From: an archaeon
GTDB lineage: Archaea > Micrarchaeota > Micrarchaeia > Anstonellales > Bilamarchaeaceae
Assembly: GCA_020053355.1 (NCBI GenBank)
Contig: JAGVNI010000008.1
Coordinates: 77,195-141,194 of the forward strand
Direction: 5' to 3'
Length of the DNA: 64,000 nt
A model generated the notes under the pieces. It was not told the origin of the DNA. It did no database searches and saw only the letters and a list, made by a program, of their open reading frames with translations. A program made the translations under genes and the position numbers. Positions 1 to 9,008 of this stretch are shown piece by piece. Position 1 is the first letter of the stretch, and every line of letters starts with the position of its first letter.

Positions 1-752
1 TATGACTTGTTGACTTCCAGCATCCTCTCCAGCGTCACATTTTCGACAAACGAGGTTTTGACCCGGGTCGGAATCCCGTTATATGTGAACTGGTAGCCTT
101 CCTTGGCGAGAGACGCGTAGAAAAGGGTCACGTTCTCGTCGTTGAAATCCTGGATGAACACCATCCCGTAAGGCGTCTCGTAGGTTGTGCCGTTTGACAC
201 ATCGAGGTTCCTTTCCGTGAAATAGGAGCGCGGCACCACTTCGCTCATGCTCTTGTTGTAATACCTTGGGACGACGACGACCTTGCCTTCGTCGTAGGGC
301 CCGTAGCCCCGCGCGGGGTCGACCCGGAAGGAGATTGTTTCGTTCAACCTCATCCCCACGACGTTGATCACGAAGCCGTCAATCATGCCCGAGCCAATCT
401 GCGCGGTGAAGTCCAGCGGGACATACTTCCGGCTCGGGTTGTAGAGCCCTGATGCGTTGGCTAAAGTGGCGTTGTTGGTATCGTACAGCGTGCCGTCAAT
501 ATATAGCGAGTACATGACGGACACATTGTCGCCGAGGTTCACCGTGTAGTCCGGCGGAAGCGGCTGCTGGCTCTGGTTCTGGAGCGTCTGGTTCTGGCCG
601 GTCTGGTTCGCCACCGGGGCGGTGACGTTCTGTGCCACTGTGCCGTTCGACATGACCGGCGGCGTATAAGTGGTGTTGTTGCCTGCCGGGGGCGGGTTGA
701 TGCACCCGAAGAGCAGCATGCCTATAATCGCGATTATGATGATGTTCCGCAT
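1..752 (-). CDS. FKBP-type peptidyl-prolyl cis-trans isomerase (SlyD-like) lipoprotein, 3' end outside window
   Basis: Manual translation from ATG at 752: MRNIIIIAIIGMLLFGC (lipobox), Asn/Gln-rich linker, then GDNVSVMYSLYIDGTLYDTN...PLDFTAQIGSGMIDGF...GMRLNETISFRVDPARGYG, typical of FKBP domains. Open to the window edge and absent from the ORF track. Confidence 0.85.
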   Translation of the reverse strand, partial: MRNIIIIAIIGMLLFGCINPPPAGNNTTYTPPVMSNGTVAQNVTAPVANQTGQNQTLQNQSQQPLPPDYTVNLGDNVSVMYSLYIDGTLYDTNNATLANASGLYNPSRKYVPLDFTAQIGSGMIDGFVINVVGMRLNETISFRVDPARGYGPYDEGKVVVVPRYYNKSMSEVVPRSYFTERNLDVSNGTTYETPYGMVFIQDFNDENVTLFYASLAKEGYQFTYNGIPTRVKTSFVENVTLERMLEVNKS

Positions 753-785
753 TGAATTCACCTCGGAATTTGTGAGTAAAAAATA

Positions 786-942
786 TGGGGTCACGGAGAA
801 ATTCTGCGTTCCCGGTTTCCCGTTTCCGGTTTCCGGACGCGCTTTCGAACTCCGATATGCAGGTATCTACGGCCACATTGCCTCCCATTTCTAGAAGGCG
901 GGATCTGGAGCCTGCCGTACTACCAGGTTATACTATAACCCC
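786..942 (-). tRNA. tRNA-Trp(CCA) with two introns (37/38 intron ~865-904; T-loop intron ~800-843)
   Basis: Acceptor GGGGTTA/TGACCCC+A, D-arm GTATAACCTGGTAGTAC, anticodon arm GCAGG-CT-CCA-G[intron]A-CCTGC, T-arm CGGAG-TTCGAA[intron]T-CTCCG. Confidence 0.9.
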
Positions 943-1102
943 ATGTCGATGGGGTCAGGCTTGAATCGCTGTCCAAGCGATAACCCCATAACAAAGCCCT
1001 CGAACTAACTGAGTTCGAGGCTGACTTATTGCTCATCGCGGATTTATATTAATTGCGCAATCCTGCGGTTTCCAAAATAATATAAACATCGGATGGCCGA
1101 TT

Positions 1103-1918
1103 ATGCGCATGGACGCGCGCGAAATGCTCATCAAATCGGCTAGGGAAAATAAGACTATCTTGTGCTTCGGCATCGACCCGGACATACCGAAGATGGAGGC
1201 TGCAATAGGCCACGGGAAGACAGTGGAGCAGACCATCGGCCCTTTCTTCCATCCGATTATCGAGAAGCTCCTTTCCGAGAATGCCATATCCGCCCTCAAG
1301 CCGAATTACGCTTATTTCGCCCAGTACGGCTTCGACGGCCTCTACGCCCTCGAGGACATCATCCAGCATTACAAGGGGAAGGTGCCGGTGATTCTGGACG
1401 GCAAGCGGGGCGACATCGGGAAAAGCAGCGAGGCATACGCGCGCGAGGCGTACGATTTCTGGGGCGCGGACGCGGTCACAATCAGCCCGTATATGGGCGA
1501 GGATTCCGTGAAGCCGTTCGTGCGGGAAGGGAAGCTGGCTTACATGCTTTGCCGGACTTCGAATCCCGGCGCGAAGGATTTCGAGGAACTGATGGTCGGA
1601 AAGAAAGCCGTGTTCGAGCACGTCGCGGAGAAAGCGATGGAATGGAAAACAGGCCTGGTCGTCGGGGCAACAAGCGACGCGATAAAGATGCTCGCCAAAG
1701 CCACGAAAAACGAGGTGCCTTTCCTGATTCCGGGCGTGGGGAGCCAGGGCGGCGATTTGGAGATGGTGATGGATGCGATAAAGGCGAACCCGGCCATCCA
1801 CCGCATCAACGCATCGTCGTCGATTGCGTATGCTTATGCGAAAGCAGGCGGAAAGCCGGCGGATGCCGCGCTTAAAGAGGCGCAAAGGCTGAACTCGGTC
1901 ATCCGGAAGCAGTTCTAG
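1103..1918 (+). CDS. pyrF: orotidine-5'-phosphate decarboxylase
   Basis: LCFGIDP, LKPNYAYF, ILDGKRGDIGKS, LCRTSNPG and FLIPGVGSQGG motifs. Confidence 0.95.
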   Translation: MRMDAREMLIKSARENKTILCFGIDPDIPKMEAAIGHGKTVEQTIGPFFHPIIEKLLSENAISALKPNYAYFAQYGFDGLYALEDIIQHYKGKVPVILDGKRGDIGKSSEAYAREAYDFWGADAVTISPYMGEDSVKPFVREGKLAYMLCRTSNPGAKDFEELMVGKKAVFEHVAEKAMEWKTGLVVGATSDAIKMLAKATKNEVPFLIPGVGSQGGDLEMVMDAIKANPAIHRINASSSIAYAYAKAGGKPADAALKEAQRLNSVIRKQF

Positions 1919-1934
1919 CGAGCCCCGGGCGCCA

Positions 1935-3563
1935 TCAGAATTTGAGCCGCTCCAGGGCTGATGCTATAATCGCCCAGTTCACGGATAATGCATATATCAG
2001 AAGCAGTAAAAGCAGGAAATAGACTATCCTAATCGGCTTCTTCGTCAGGTATTTGCAGAGCGACTTCAGCGGTTTTATTATAAGGGCGGTAATGACCATC
2101 CCCGCAGCCTTCAGGAGGAACTGCAGGAGCTTGAGCAGGCCCCCGAGCAGTGCGTCAAGGATGCCGGGGCCGGTTTTCTTTACCACCTTTTTCTCGATGA
2201 CGACCTCCTTCACCACTTCCTTCACGCGGACCGGCTGGACTTTCGGGGATGGGGCGGGTTTGAAGACGGGCGGAGCGGGCCGCTCCCGGGTTTCGGGTTT
2301 GGGGGAGGCTGCAGCCTTCGGTTTTGCCTTCGGTGCCGCTTCCTTCTTCGCATATTTCTTGAGGAGCGCGGCATCGCATGCCTTGCGGAGCGCATCGTCC
2401 GGAACGACGCTCATCGTGGTTGCGGGGGCGAATACCTTAACCTTGACCGGCGAGGTCTGGTTGCCCGTATCATCGAGCGTTGAGAGAAGCGCGGTGCCGG
2501 GTGGGAGGGACTTCAGCGCCTCCATAACATCGAAATCAGATTTCGGGAATGATTTGGCAAGCGCGCGGAGCCGGGCGTTTCCTTTCTCGGTCATGGTCTT
2601 CTGGGAAAAGATTACCTTGGTCGAAAGCTGGCCGAGGATTTCATCCGGAATATCCGTGACATCCTGGGTGACGAAGAAGACAGAGACGCCTTTCGAGCGG
2701 ATTTGCTTCAGCATCGTCACCATCAGGTCCTTGAGGGACTTGTTTGCGTCCTTGAACAGGTAGTGCGCCTCGTCGAAGAAAATAGCGAACTGCGGCTTAT
2801 CCGAATCGCCCACTTCGGGCATGTTGGCGAATAGTTTTTGGAGCAGGAAGGCGGGCGCCATGGTCACAGCCATGTCACTGCGGGCATCGGAAAGGTTCAG
2901 CACGTTCAGCCCGCCCAAATCCTCAAGGCGCACTGCCGGCTTCCCGAACATCCTCTCAAGGCCGGATTCCTGGAGCGCGATGATTTTCCGCTGGATGACC
3001 GAGATGCTTGAAGGGCTGATGCCCCTCTGGTTAGTGCTGACAAGCTGGTCCAGGACGTCGAGAAGCTGCTCTGGCGTATCGAGGGGGATGGAGTTCTTTT
3101 TCGCGTATGAGAAAGCGATTGCGAGGTGGCTCTCCTGCGTCGGGTTCAGCGAGAGGAGGCGGGAGAAAAGGACGCTGCCTACGCTGGCAACAGAAAAGCG
3201 GAATGGGATGAAGCGGTCGCTGGCACTCCAGTAGTTGGTGCCGAAAGCCTGCGGCTCGAACGGGGCGAGCGAGTTTCGCGCCTTCCACTTGGTTTCCGTT
3301 TCAGAAGGCGCATCGTCCGGCTTGCCCGAGGTAAATGCCCGCTGGCAGAATCCGCTCGCATCCCCCTTCACATCGGACACAAATACGTGGACGCCGGAGG
3401 CCGCAAGCTGCTCGGCCAGGACCTGCATGGCGCGGCTTTTCCCCGTGCCCGTGCTGCCGGCTATAATGCCATGCCGGGTCAGGTAGCGCAGGGGTATTCC
3501 GCAAACAGAGCCCTTCGACTCGCCCAGTGAAATCATCGAGGTCGTATCGTCATCATTTGCCAT
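1935..3563 (-). CDS. DUF853/YjgR-like HerA-FtsK superfamily ATPase with C-terminal Pro/Lys linker and hydrophobic segments
   Basis: RHGIIAGSTGTGKS (Walker A), SDVKGD, IFFDEAHYLF (Walker B), QIRSKGVSVFFVTQ. Start placed at MANDDD. Confidence 0.85.
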   Translation of the reverse strand: MANDDDTTSMISLGESKGSVCGIPLRYLTRHGIIAGSTGTGKSRAMQVLAEQLAASGVHVFVSDVKGDASGFCQRAFTSGKPDDAPSETETKWKARNSLAPFEPQAFGTNYWSASDRFIPFRFSVASVGSVLFSRLLSLNPTQESHLAIAFSYAKKNSIPLDTPEQLLDVLDQLVSTNQRGISPSSISVIQRKIIALQESGLERMFGKPAVRLEDLGGLNVLNLSDARSDMAVTMAPAFLLQKLFANMPEVGDSDKPQFAIFFDEAHYLFKDANKSLKDLMVTMLKQIRSKGVSVFFVTQDVTDIPDEILGQLSTKVIFSQKTMTEKGNARLRALAKSFPKSDFDVMEALKSLPPGTALLSTLDDTGNQTSPVKVKVFAPATTMSVVPDDALRKACDAALLKKYAKKEAAPKAKPKAAASPKPETRERPAPPVFKPAPSPKVQPVRVKEVVKEVVIEKKVVKKTGPGILDALLGGLLKLLQFLLKAAGMVITALIIKPLKSLCKYLTKKPIRIVYFLLLLLLIYALSVNWAIIASALERLKF

Positions 3564-3613
3564 CGGTTTGAGTAAGCAAACGGGATTTTTAATCATGAGC
3601 GAGAAGGCGCATA

Positions 3614-4405
3614 ATGGATAGCCTCATCAAGTCGCTCTATACACCGCCGAAAGATTCGCGCAAGGGCGATAACGGCCGGCTGCTCATTGTCGGCGGAAGC
3701 AGGGACTACCACGGCGCTCCCATGTTTGCCCTGCTTGCTGCAAGGCGCTTTGTCGATTTGCTCTATTTCCTGCCTGCAGAGAAGGACTCGTTCCTGATAA
3801 GTGCGGTGAAAACGATTCCCGAAGCGATAGTCGTGGATAGCTACGCAAGCCCTGCAATCCGCGGGAAGATTGACTGCGTGCTATATGGAATCGGGCTCGG
3901 AGATGCGAAACCGCCACTCCCGAAACCCGGGAAAACCGAAACTCAAAACCTGCAACTCGTTATTGATGGCGATGGCCTCAAGCGGGTGAAGGGGAAAATC
4001 CCGAAGGGCGCCATCCTCACCCCGCACGAGAACGAATTCAAAATGCTGTTCGGAATGGAAGGAAGCGAGCGGAACGTTTTAGAGATGGCCAAGAGGCACG
4101 GGTGCGTCATCCTCAAGAAGGGGCCCGTGGATATAATCGCGGACGGGAGACCGGCTGCTGGAAACGGGAAACTGGAAACCAACCGCATCCACAACCAGGG
4201 TATGACCAAGGGCGGAACGGGGGATGTGCTTGCAGGGCTGGTGGTCGCCCTCGCCTGCAAGAACGACGCGTTCACAGCAGCTGTCGCCGGGACGAGAATC
4301 AACGGCAACGCCGGCAACATGCTCAAAAAAAGGTTTGGTTACAATTATTGCGCATCCGACCTCGCAGAAATGCTGGCGGAGAGCTACGAGACATTAAGGC
4401 GATGA
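3614..4405 (+). CDS. nnrD: NAD(P)H-hydrate dehydratase (stand-alone)
   Basis: KGDNGRLLIVGGSRDYHGAP, ILTPHENEF, GGTGDVLAG. Confidence 0.9.
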   Translation: MDSLIKSLYTPPKDSRKGDNGRLLIVGGSRDYHGAPMFALLAARRFVDLLYFLPAEKDSFLISAVKTIPEAIVVDSYASPAIRGKIDCVLYGIGLGDAKPPLPKPGKTETQNLQLVIDGDGLKRVKGKIPKGAILTPHENEFKMLFGMEGSERNVLEMAKRHGCVILKKGPVDIIADGRPAAGNGKLETNRIHNQGMTKGGTGDVLAGLVVALACKNDAFTAAVAGTRINGNAGNMLKKRFGYNYCASDLAEMLAESYETLRR

Positions 4406-4406
4406 C

Positions 4407-5303
4407 ATGATTATCCGGGATATAACGGTTGAGGATTTGAAGGCGCTGGACGGCACCATGCTTGCCGGCTGCGGATTCCAGGCTACAAACATCGGCAGAG
4501 CCATCGACATCATCGCAAGGATGAAGAAGCAGAAATCCACCGTCTTCCTGACATTCACATCGAACATGATTGCCTCGGGGCTCCGGGGCATAGTGGCCGA
4601 GATGTGCAAGAGGAAGTTCGTAGATGCCATAATTACTGCAGGCGGCTCGCTCGACCATGACCTTATCCGGTCCGCAAAGCCATACGAGCTTGGCGACTTC
4701 ATGATGGATGACGCCAAGCTGCACCAGAAAGGCATCAACAGGCTCGGCAACATCCTCGTCCCGAACGATAGGTACGAATATCTCGAAGGCTTCATGAAGG
4801 GGGTTTACGACGAGCTTTATGCAGTCGACAAACTCACCTCCCCGTCCGCCATCGCGAGGAAGATTGGGGAAAAGACGAAGCCGGACTCTTTCCTGCACTG
4901 GTGCACGAAGAACAAAATCCCGGTCTTCTGCCCAGGCATCACGGATTCGGCCATAGGCCTCCAGACATATTTCTACAAGCAGAAAAGGAAGGACTTCGGA
5001 ATCGACGTCACAAAGGACATGAACGAGTTGGCCCAGCTGTCATTGAACGCGGACAGCACCGGGGGCATCGTCCTTGGCGGCGGAATCTCGAAGCACCATG
5101 CGATTGGCGTGAACCTGCTCCGTGGCGGATTCGACTATGCGGTCTACGTGACCACGTCCTCGCCGTGGGACGGCTCGCTGAGTGGCGCGCGCACGAACGA
5201 GGGCATCTCCTGGGGCAAAATCAAGGAGAAGGCGAACCACGTGACCGTGGATGCGGATGCGACGATAGCCGTGCCCCTGATCATGGCGCCTTTTCTGAGG
5301 TAA
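4407..5303 (+). CDS. dys: deoxyhypusine synthase
   Basis: GFQAT, FTSNMIASGLR, INRLGNILVPN, GGGISKHH, DGSLSGARTNEGISWGK. Confidence 0.95.
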   Translation: MIIRDITVEDLKALDGTMLAGCGFQATNIGRAIDIIARMKKQKSTVFLTFTSNMIASGLRGIVAEMCKRKFVDAIITAGGSLDHDLIRSAKPYELGDFMMDDAKLHQKGINRLGNILVPNDRYEYLEGFMKGVYDELYAVDKLTSPSAIARKIGEKTKPDSFLHWCTKNKIPVFCPGITDSAIGLQTYFYKQKRKDFGIDVTKDMNELAQLSLNADSTGGIVLGGGISKHHAIGVNLLRGGFDYAVYVTTSSPWDGSLSGARTNEGISWGKIKEKANHVTVDADATIAVPLIMAPFLR

Positions 5304-5306
5304 GCC

Positions 5307-6218
5307 TTAATCCTTCAATATCCGCTTGAACTCGATGCCCTGCCACTCTTCGAGTTTTCCAAACCAGAAAGGACGCGGTTCATACCCGTCTAGCGGTTTG
5401 AAGATATTCCGATTAACAAACTCGTAAACATTCTCCAGGGGGTAACCAAAGAAAATCCCCGCAATAGCATGTCTTGCTGGCCACAGCACGTGCAAAGGGA
5501 TTCGTTCTTTCAGAAGCACGTGAGGAAAACGAGCGGGGGGCTTATCTGCCATTTTATTGAGGATACCCCTTACGGCTTGACCAAGAAGCGGATGAAAGAC
5601 AGAGAAAGAACGTACAAGTTCTTCTATATCGAATAATTCCCTGGTCGGAATTGGTTTTGATACGTTTATTCGGGAACCTTCTCGGACGATTACGAGCCCG
5701 GCAGCCTCAGCCTTGGCCTTATGCTCCTTGCCGATTTCTGAAACCGGCTTTTTTCCACAAATCACGCTTTCAAGAAGGAGATTGTCATCCATGCACGATA
5801 GATTTTCCGCAACATTAAAAGGAGCCCCAGAAAGCCGGGGTAAATCAGAAGAAACGCCCCCCATCGCAAGTTCCGCCTCATGCACCTTGGCCATCAGTTT
5901 TGTAATCCCGAGATTGTAGTGGCCACCCAGAACACCCAGCTCCAACGCCAGCCAGCGGATGCTGGGTTTGTCATTGAGTTTAACGCTGGAACAATTCCCA
6001 TTTACCGAATCCTTTACGAAATCAAGCCGGTCCAATACGAGGTCATCGCCCACGGCCTTGTTCCACCTTCCCGCCTCGAAGAAAAGCTTAATCCGCCTAA
6101 GGGGTGAATCATCAAAATTCCCCCTCGCACGTTCCATATCATTTCGTTTATAGTAATCACTAGGGTCGATAGGATTGCAGGGTGGCACACGGATGATTTG
6201 TTTCGTCAAGCGAGACAT
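5307..6218 (-). CDS. hypothetical protein (orphan, AT-richer than flanks)
   Basis: 303-aa ORF filling the gap between dys and the next gene, with an upstream TTTAAA box. No family recognised. Confidence 0.7.
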   Translation of the reverse strand: MSRLTKQIIRVPPCNPIDPSDYYKRNDMERARGNFDDSPLRRIKLFFEAGRWNKAVGDDLVLDRLDFVKDSVNGNCSSVKLNDKPSIRWLALELGVLGGHYNLGITKLMAKVHEAELAMGGVSSDLPRLSGAPFNVAENLSCMDDNLLLESVICGKKPVSEIGKEHKAKAEAAGLVIVREGSRINVSKPIPTRELFDIEELVRSFSVFHPLLGQAVRGILNKMADKPPARFPHVLLKERIPLHVLWPARHAIAGIFFGYPLENVYEFVNRNIFKPLDGYEPRPFWFGKLEEWQGIEFKRILKD

Positions 6219-6325
6219 GCTATCAATGTCGTAAATAGTGTTACGAAATGCTTTAAAAGAGACCGGCAGAGACAGAATGCCGAACCAAGAGCAGGGTTAT
6301 AAACATCATTTTGCAACTGGAATCG

Positions 6326-6904
6326 ATGGAGTCATACGTAATTTACTTGATTCTGGCTTTCCTTGCCGGCGCACTTGTCAAGACAGTCGACTGGCTTGAT
6401 GATACGAAAAAAAGCAAGAACCCAATCAAGTACGTCCTCGCAATCCTCTACGGCATCGCAATCGGCTACCTAATCAGCCTGCCGCAGTTCTCGGCGATAT
6501 TCTTAGCGGCCCTTGCCGCGCAGGTCTTTGCCCGGAAGGTCGACACCACGGCGCACAAGCTCGGCTTCCTCGTGGCGGCGCTCTCGCTCATATTCTTCAG
6601 CTTCCCGACAATCAACCCGCTCCTGTTCTTCTTCTTCCTGATAATGGCAGTGCTGGATGAAATGGATTACATCGGCAGGCTCAGGCCTCTCGTCGAATAC
6701 AGGCCGTTCCTGAAAATCGCGGCGTTTTTGCCAGCGGTCTGGGGCGTCTGGGATTACGTCTTCGGGATATTCATTTTCGATATCGGGTACGAGATGATAA
6801 CTGCGCTCACGAAAAGCCGGGAAGAGGAGGCCAAAGCGTCCCATCCTGGCGGCTCCCGCGCCGTCAAAACCCGCAATCCGAAACCCCGGCAGCGCAACCC
6901 CTAG
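6326..6904 (+). CDS. multi-pass membrane protein
   Basis: Several hydrophobic segments; upstream GGTTATAAA box. Confidence 0.8.
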   Translation: MESYVIYLILAFLAGALVKTVDWLDDTKKSKNPIKYVLAILYGIAIGYLISLPQFSAIFLAALAAQVFARKVDTTAHKLGFLVAALSLIFFSFPTINPLLFFFFLIMAVLDEMDYIGRLRPLVEYRPFLKIAAFLPAVWGVWDYVFGIFIFDIGYEMITALTKSREEEAKASHPGGSRAVKTRNPKPRQRNP

Positions 6905-6936
6905 GTATTTTAGCGGTATCCAATGAATAACCCCTC

Positions 6937-7890
6937 ATGGCGGAGGGTCTCGAATTCGCTCTCAGGTATCCATTTAGCGACAGCGCCAAAGCCGCGCTTT
7001 CCGGGATGGACCTTACCGAGAGGATTGTAGACCTGGCTGCTGAGAGGCTGCTAAAGGCCCTGAAAGGGGACAAATCCACGAAAATGCTCCTCCATGACTC
7101 GGACCGCAAGGAGGAAATCGCCTCGTTCGCGGCGGCCAGGATGATTCTCGGCCAGATGCGCAACGGCTACATGACGAACATGTTCGCGGTCAACGAATCC
7201 AAGCGGGTGCGCGACTGCCTGGACAGGGACGACGAGCGGACGGTGGACGCTGTGGCAGCGCAATTCGGCATTTCCACAACAAGTGAAGGCAAGAAACTGA
7301 CGATAGACCTCCCGACCTACCTGAAATTCAGCACGCGGAACCCGCATTATCGGCTAATCAACCGGCGCCTGGTCCGCGGCAGGGTGGAAATCAACTACGA
7401 GGAGAAGAAACGCCTCATTGAGGAGGCCGTGAAGAAGCACATGGAGAGCATCCCGCTAATCAAGGACCCGCCGGATATCATCAAGGCAGCCGGGGCAAGG
7501 CTTATTGCCGAACTGCCTAAGACCGAGAGCAGGGTCCTTGGGAACATCAAGCCCGGAGACCACCCCCCATGCGTCATGAAGCTGCTGGATGAGATGAAGA
7601 AGCACACGAACCTCCCGCACCAGGCAAGGCTGTATCTCGCCACGTATTTCCTGGCAATCGGGATGAACGAGGACGAGTTGACGAAGATGTTCTCCATGCT
7701 TCCGGATTTTTCCGAAAAAATCACGAGATACCAGGTCGGGCACATCAAGAAGAAGGAGTACAACGTGGCATCCTGCGCGACGGTGATGACATACGGGCTT
7801 TGCTGCGCAGTCTGCAGGATAGGGAGCCCGCTGAATTGGCATACGCTGGATGATTTCCGCAAGAATGCGATTAAGGAGAGGGGAGCCTGA
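6937..7890 (+). CDS. priL: DNA primase large subunit
   Basis: RYPF N-terminus, HPPC..NLPHQARLYLATY..PDFSEKITRYQV..SCATV..GLC Fe-S domain; adjacent to priS. Confidence 0.93.
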   Translation: MAEGLEFALRYPFSDSAKAALSGMDLTERIVDLAAERLLKALKGDKSTKMLLHDSDRKEEIASFAAARMILGQMRNGYMTNMFAVNESKRVRDCLDRDDERTVDAVAAQFGISTTSEGKKLTIDLPTYLKFSTRNPHYRLINRRLVRGRVEINYEEKKRLIEEAVKKHMESIPLIKDPPDIIKAAGARLIAELPKTESRVLGNIKPGDHPPCVMKLLDEMKKHTNLPHQARLYLATYFLAIGMNEDELTKMFSMLPDFSEKITRYQVGHIKKKEYNVASCATVMTYGLCCAVCRIGSPLNWHTLDDFRKNAIKERGA

Positions 7891-7895
7891 CCGTC

Positions 7896-9002
7896 ATGAA
7901 CGCGAATGACACAATGGTTGCAAAGAAGATTTTCGCTTCATACTATGAGACTGCGGAGTTCCGGATTCCGCGAATCGAGCAGAGGGAGTTCGGCATTGGG
8001 AACATGAAGAAAATCGACGCCCGCCACCTCAACTTCGGAAATGCGCAGGAATTCCGGAACTACCTCTGCAACAACACGCCGCTCTTCGTTTCGCATTCGA
8101 CCGGGTACTACGAGTTCCCGGGCGCAAGCCCGATGGTGAAGAAATGCTGGAAGGGGGCTGACGTGGTCTTCGATCTGGACATCCATGCCGAGGGGAAATA
8201 CGGCGCATATGCGCACCTTGGCCGCGTCAAGGAGGACGTGATGCGCCTCGTGAATGATTTCATCCTGAATGATTTCGGAATCGGCAGGGACAACGTCGCG
8301 GTGGCTTTTTCCGGGAACCGGGGCTACCATGTCCATGTGCGCGACCCGGCGTTCCTCTCGATTGGAAGCGACGAGCGGCGCGAACTGGTGGATTACATCA
8401 TGGGCCAGGGACTCGATTACACCCAGTTCTTCTCGCCATCCGATACGAAGCCGGCAAGGTTGCTTGGCCCGAAGCCTGACGAAGGCGGATACCGGGGCAG
8501 GCTGGCAAGGGGCACGATTAAGCTCCTGGAAGAAGACCCGGGCAAGCTGTCCAGGCTGTTTACTAAAGAAAAAGAGCGCGGGTTCTTCATCAGCGGGATT
8601 CAGGAGGGCAACTGGAGCAGGACCTCCCTCAAATCAGGCGACCTCGTATCAAGGCTAAAAGGCGTGGCCGCAACCCTTCCGGTCAGTTCCGTGGACACAG
8701 ATGCGGGAGTCACCCAAGACCTTAGCAAGCTGATACGCGTGCCGAATTCCATCCACGGAGACACGGGCATGGTGGCGAGGATTATCGAGGATATCGGGGC
8801 GTTCGACCCCTGGAAGGATGCCATGATGCGCGAGGCAGAGGGCGGCGGGACGGGCGAGATGAAGATACGGTTCACCGAAGACGTTCCAGCCATTGAGATG
8901 GACCAGACGCTGGGGCCGTTCAAGAAAGACGATGAGTTGGCGCTGCCAAGGCATTATGCGCTCTTTTTCGTCCTGAAGGGAAGCGCTACGATTTCCGGTT
9001 GA
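7896..9002 (+). CDS. priS: DNA primase small (catalytic) subunit with C-terminal GINS-B-like domain
   Basis: REFG, VVFDLD, FSGNRGYHVH, DAGVTQDLSKLIRVPNSIHG. Confidence 0.95.
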   Translation: MNANDTMVAKKIFASYYETAEFRIPRIEQREFGIGNMKKIDARHLNFGNAQEFRNYLCNNTPLFVSHSTGYYEFPGASPMVKKCWKGADVVFDLDIHAEGKYGAYAHLGRVKEDVMRLVNDFILNDFGIGRDNVAVAFSGNRGYHVHVRDPAFLSIGSDERRELVDYIMGQGLDYTQFFSPSDTKPARLLGPKPDEGGYRGRLARGTIKLLEEDPGKLSRLFTKEKERGFFISGIQEGNWSRTSLKSGDLVSRLKGVAATLPVSSVDTDAGVTQDLSKLIRVPNSIHGDTGMVARIIEDIGAFDPWKDAMMREAEGGGTGEMKIRFTEDVPAIEMDQTLGPFKKDDELALPRHYALFFVLKGSATISG

Positions 9003-9008
9003 ATGCCC

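Noticed and set aside
496-894. Two ORFs from the track (496-888, 670-894)
   Set aside because: They overlap tRNA-Trp and the real FKBP reading frame, which the track missed because it runs off the window.
8860-9002. Novel domain fused to PriS
   Set aside because: A C-terminal GINS-B-like domain is a known feature of many archaeal PriS proteins.
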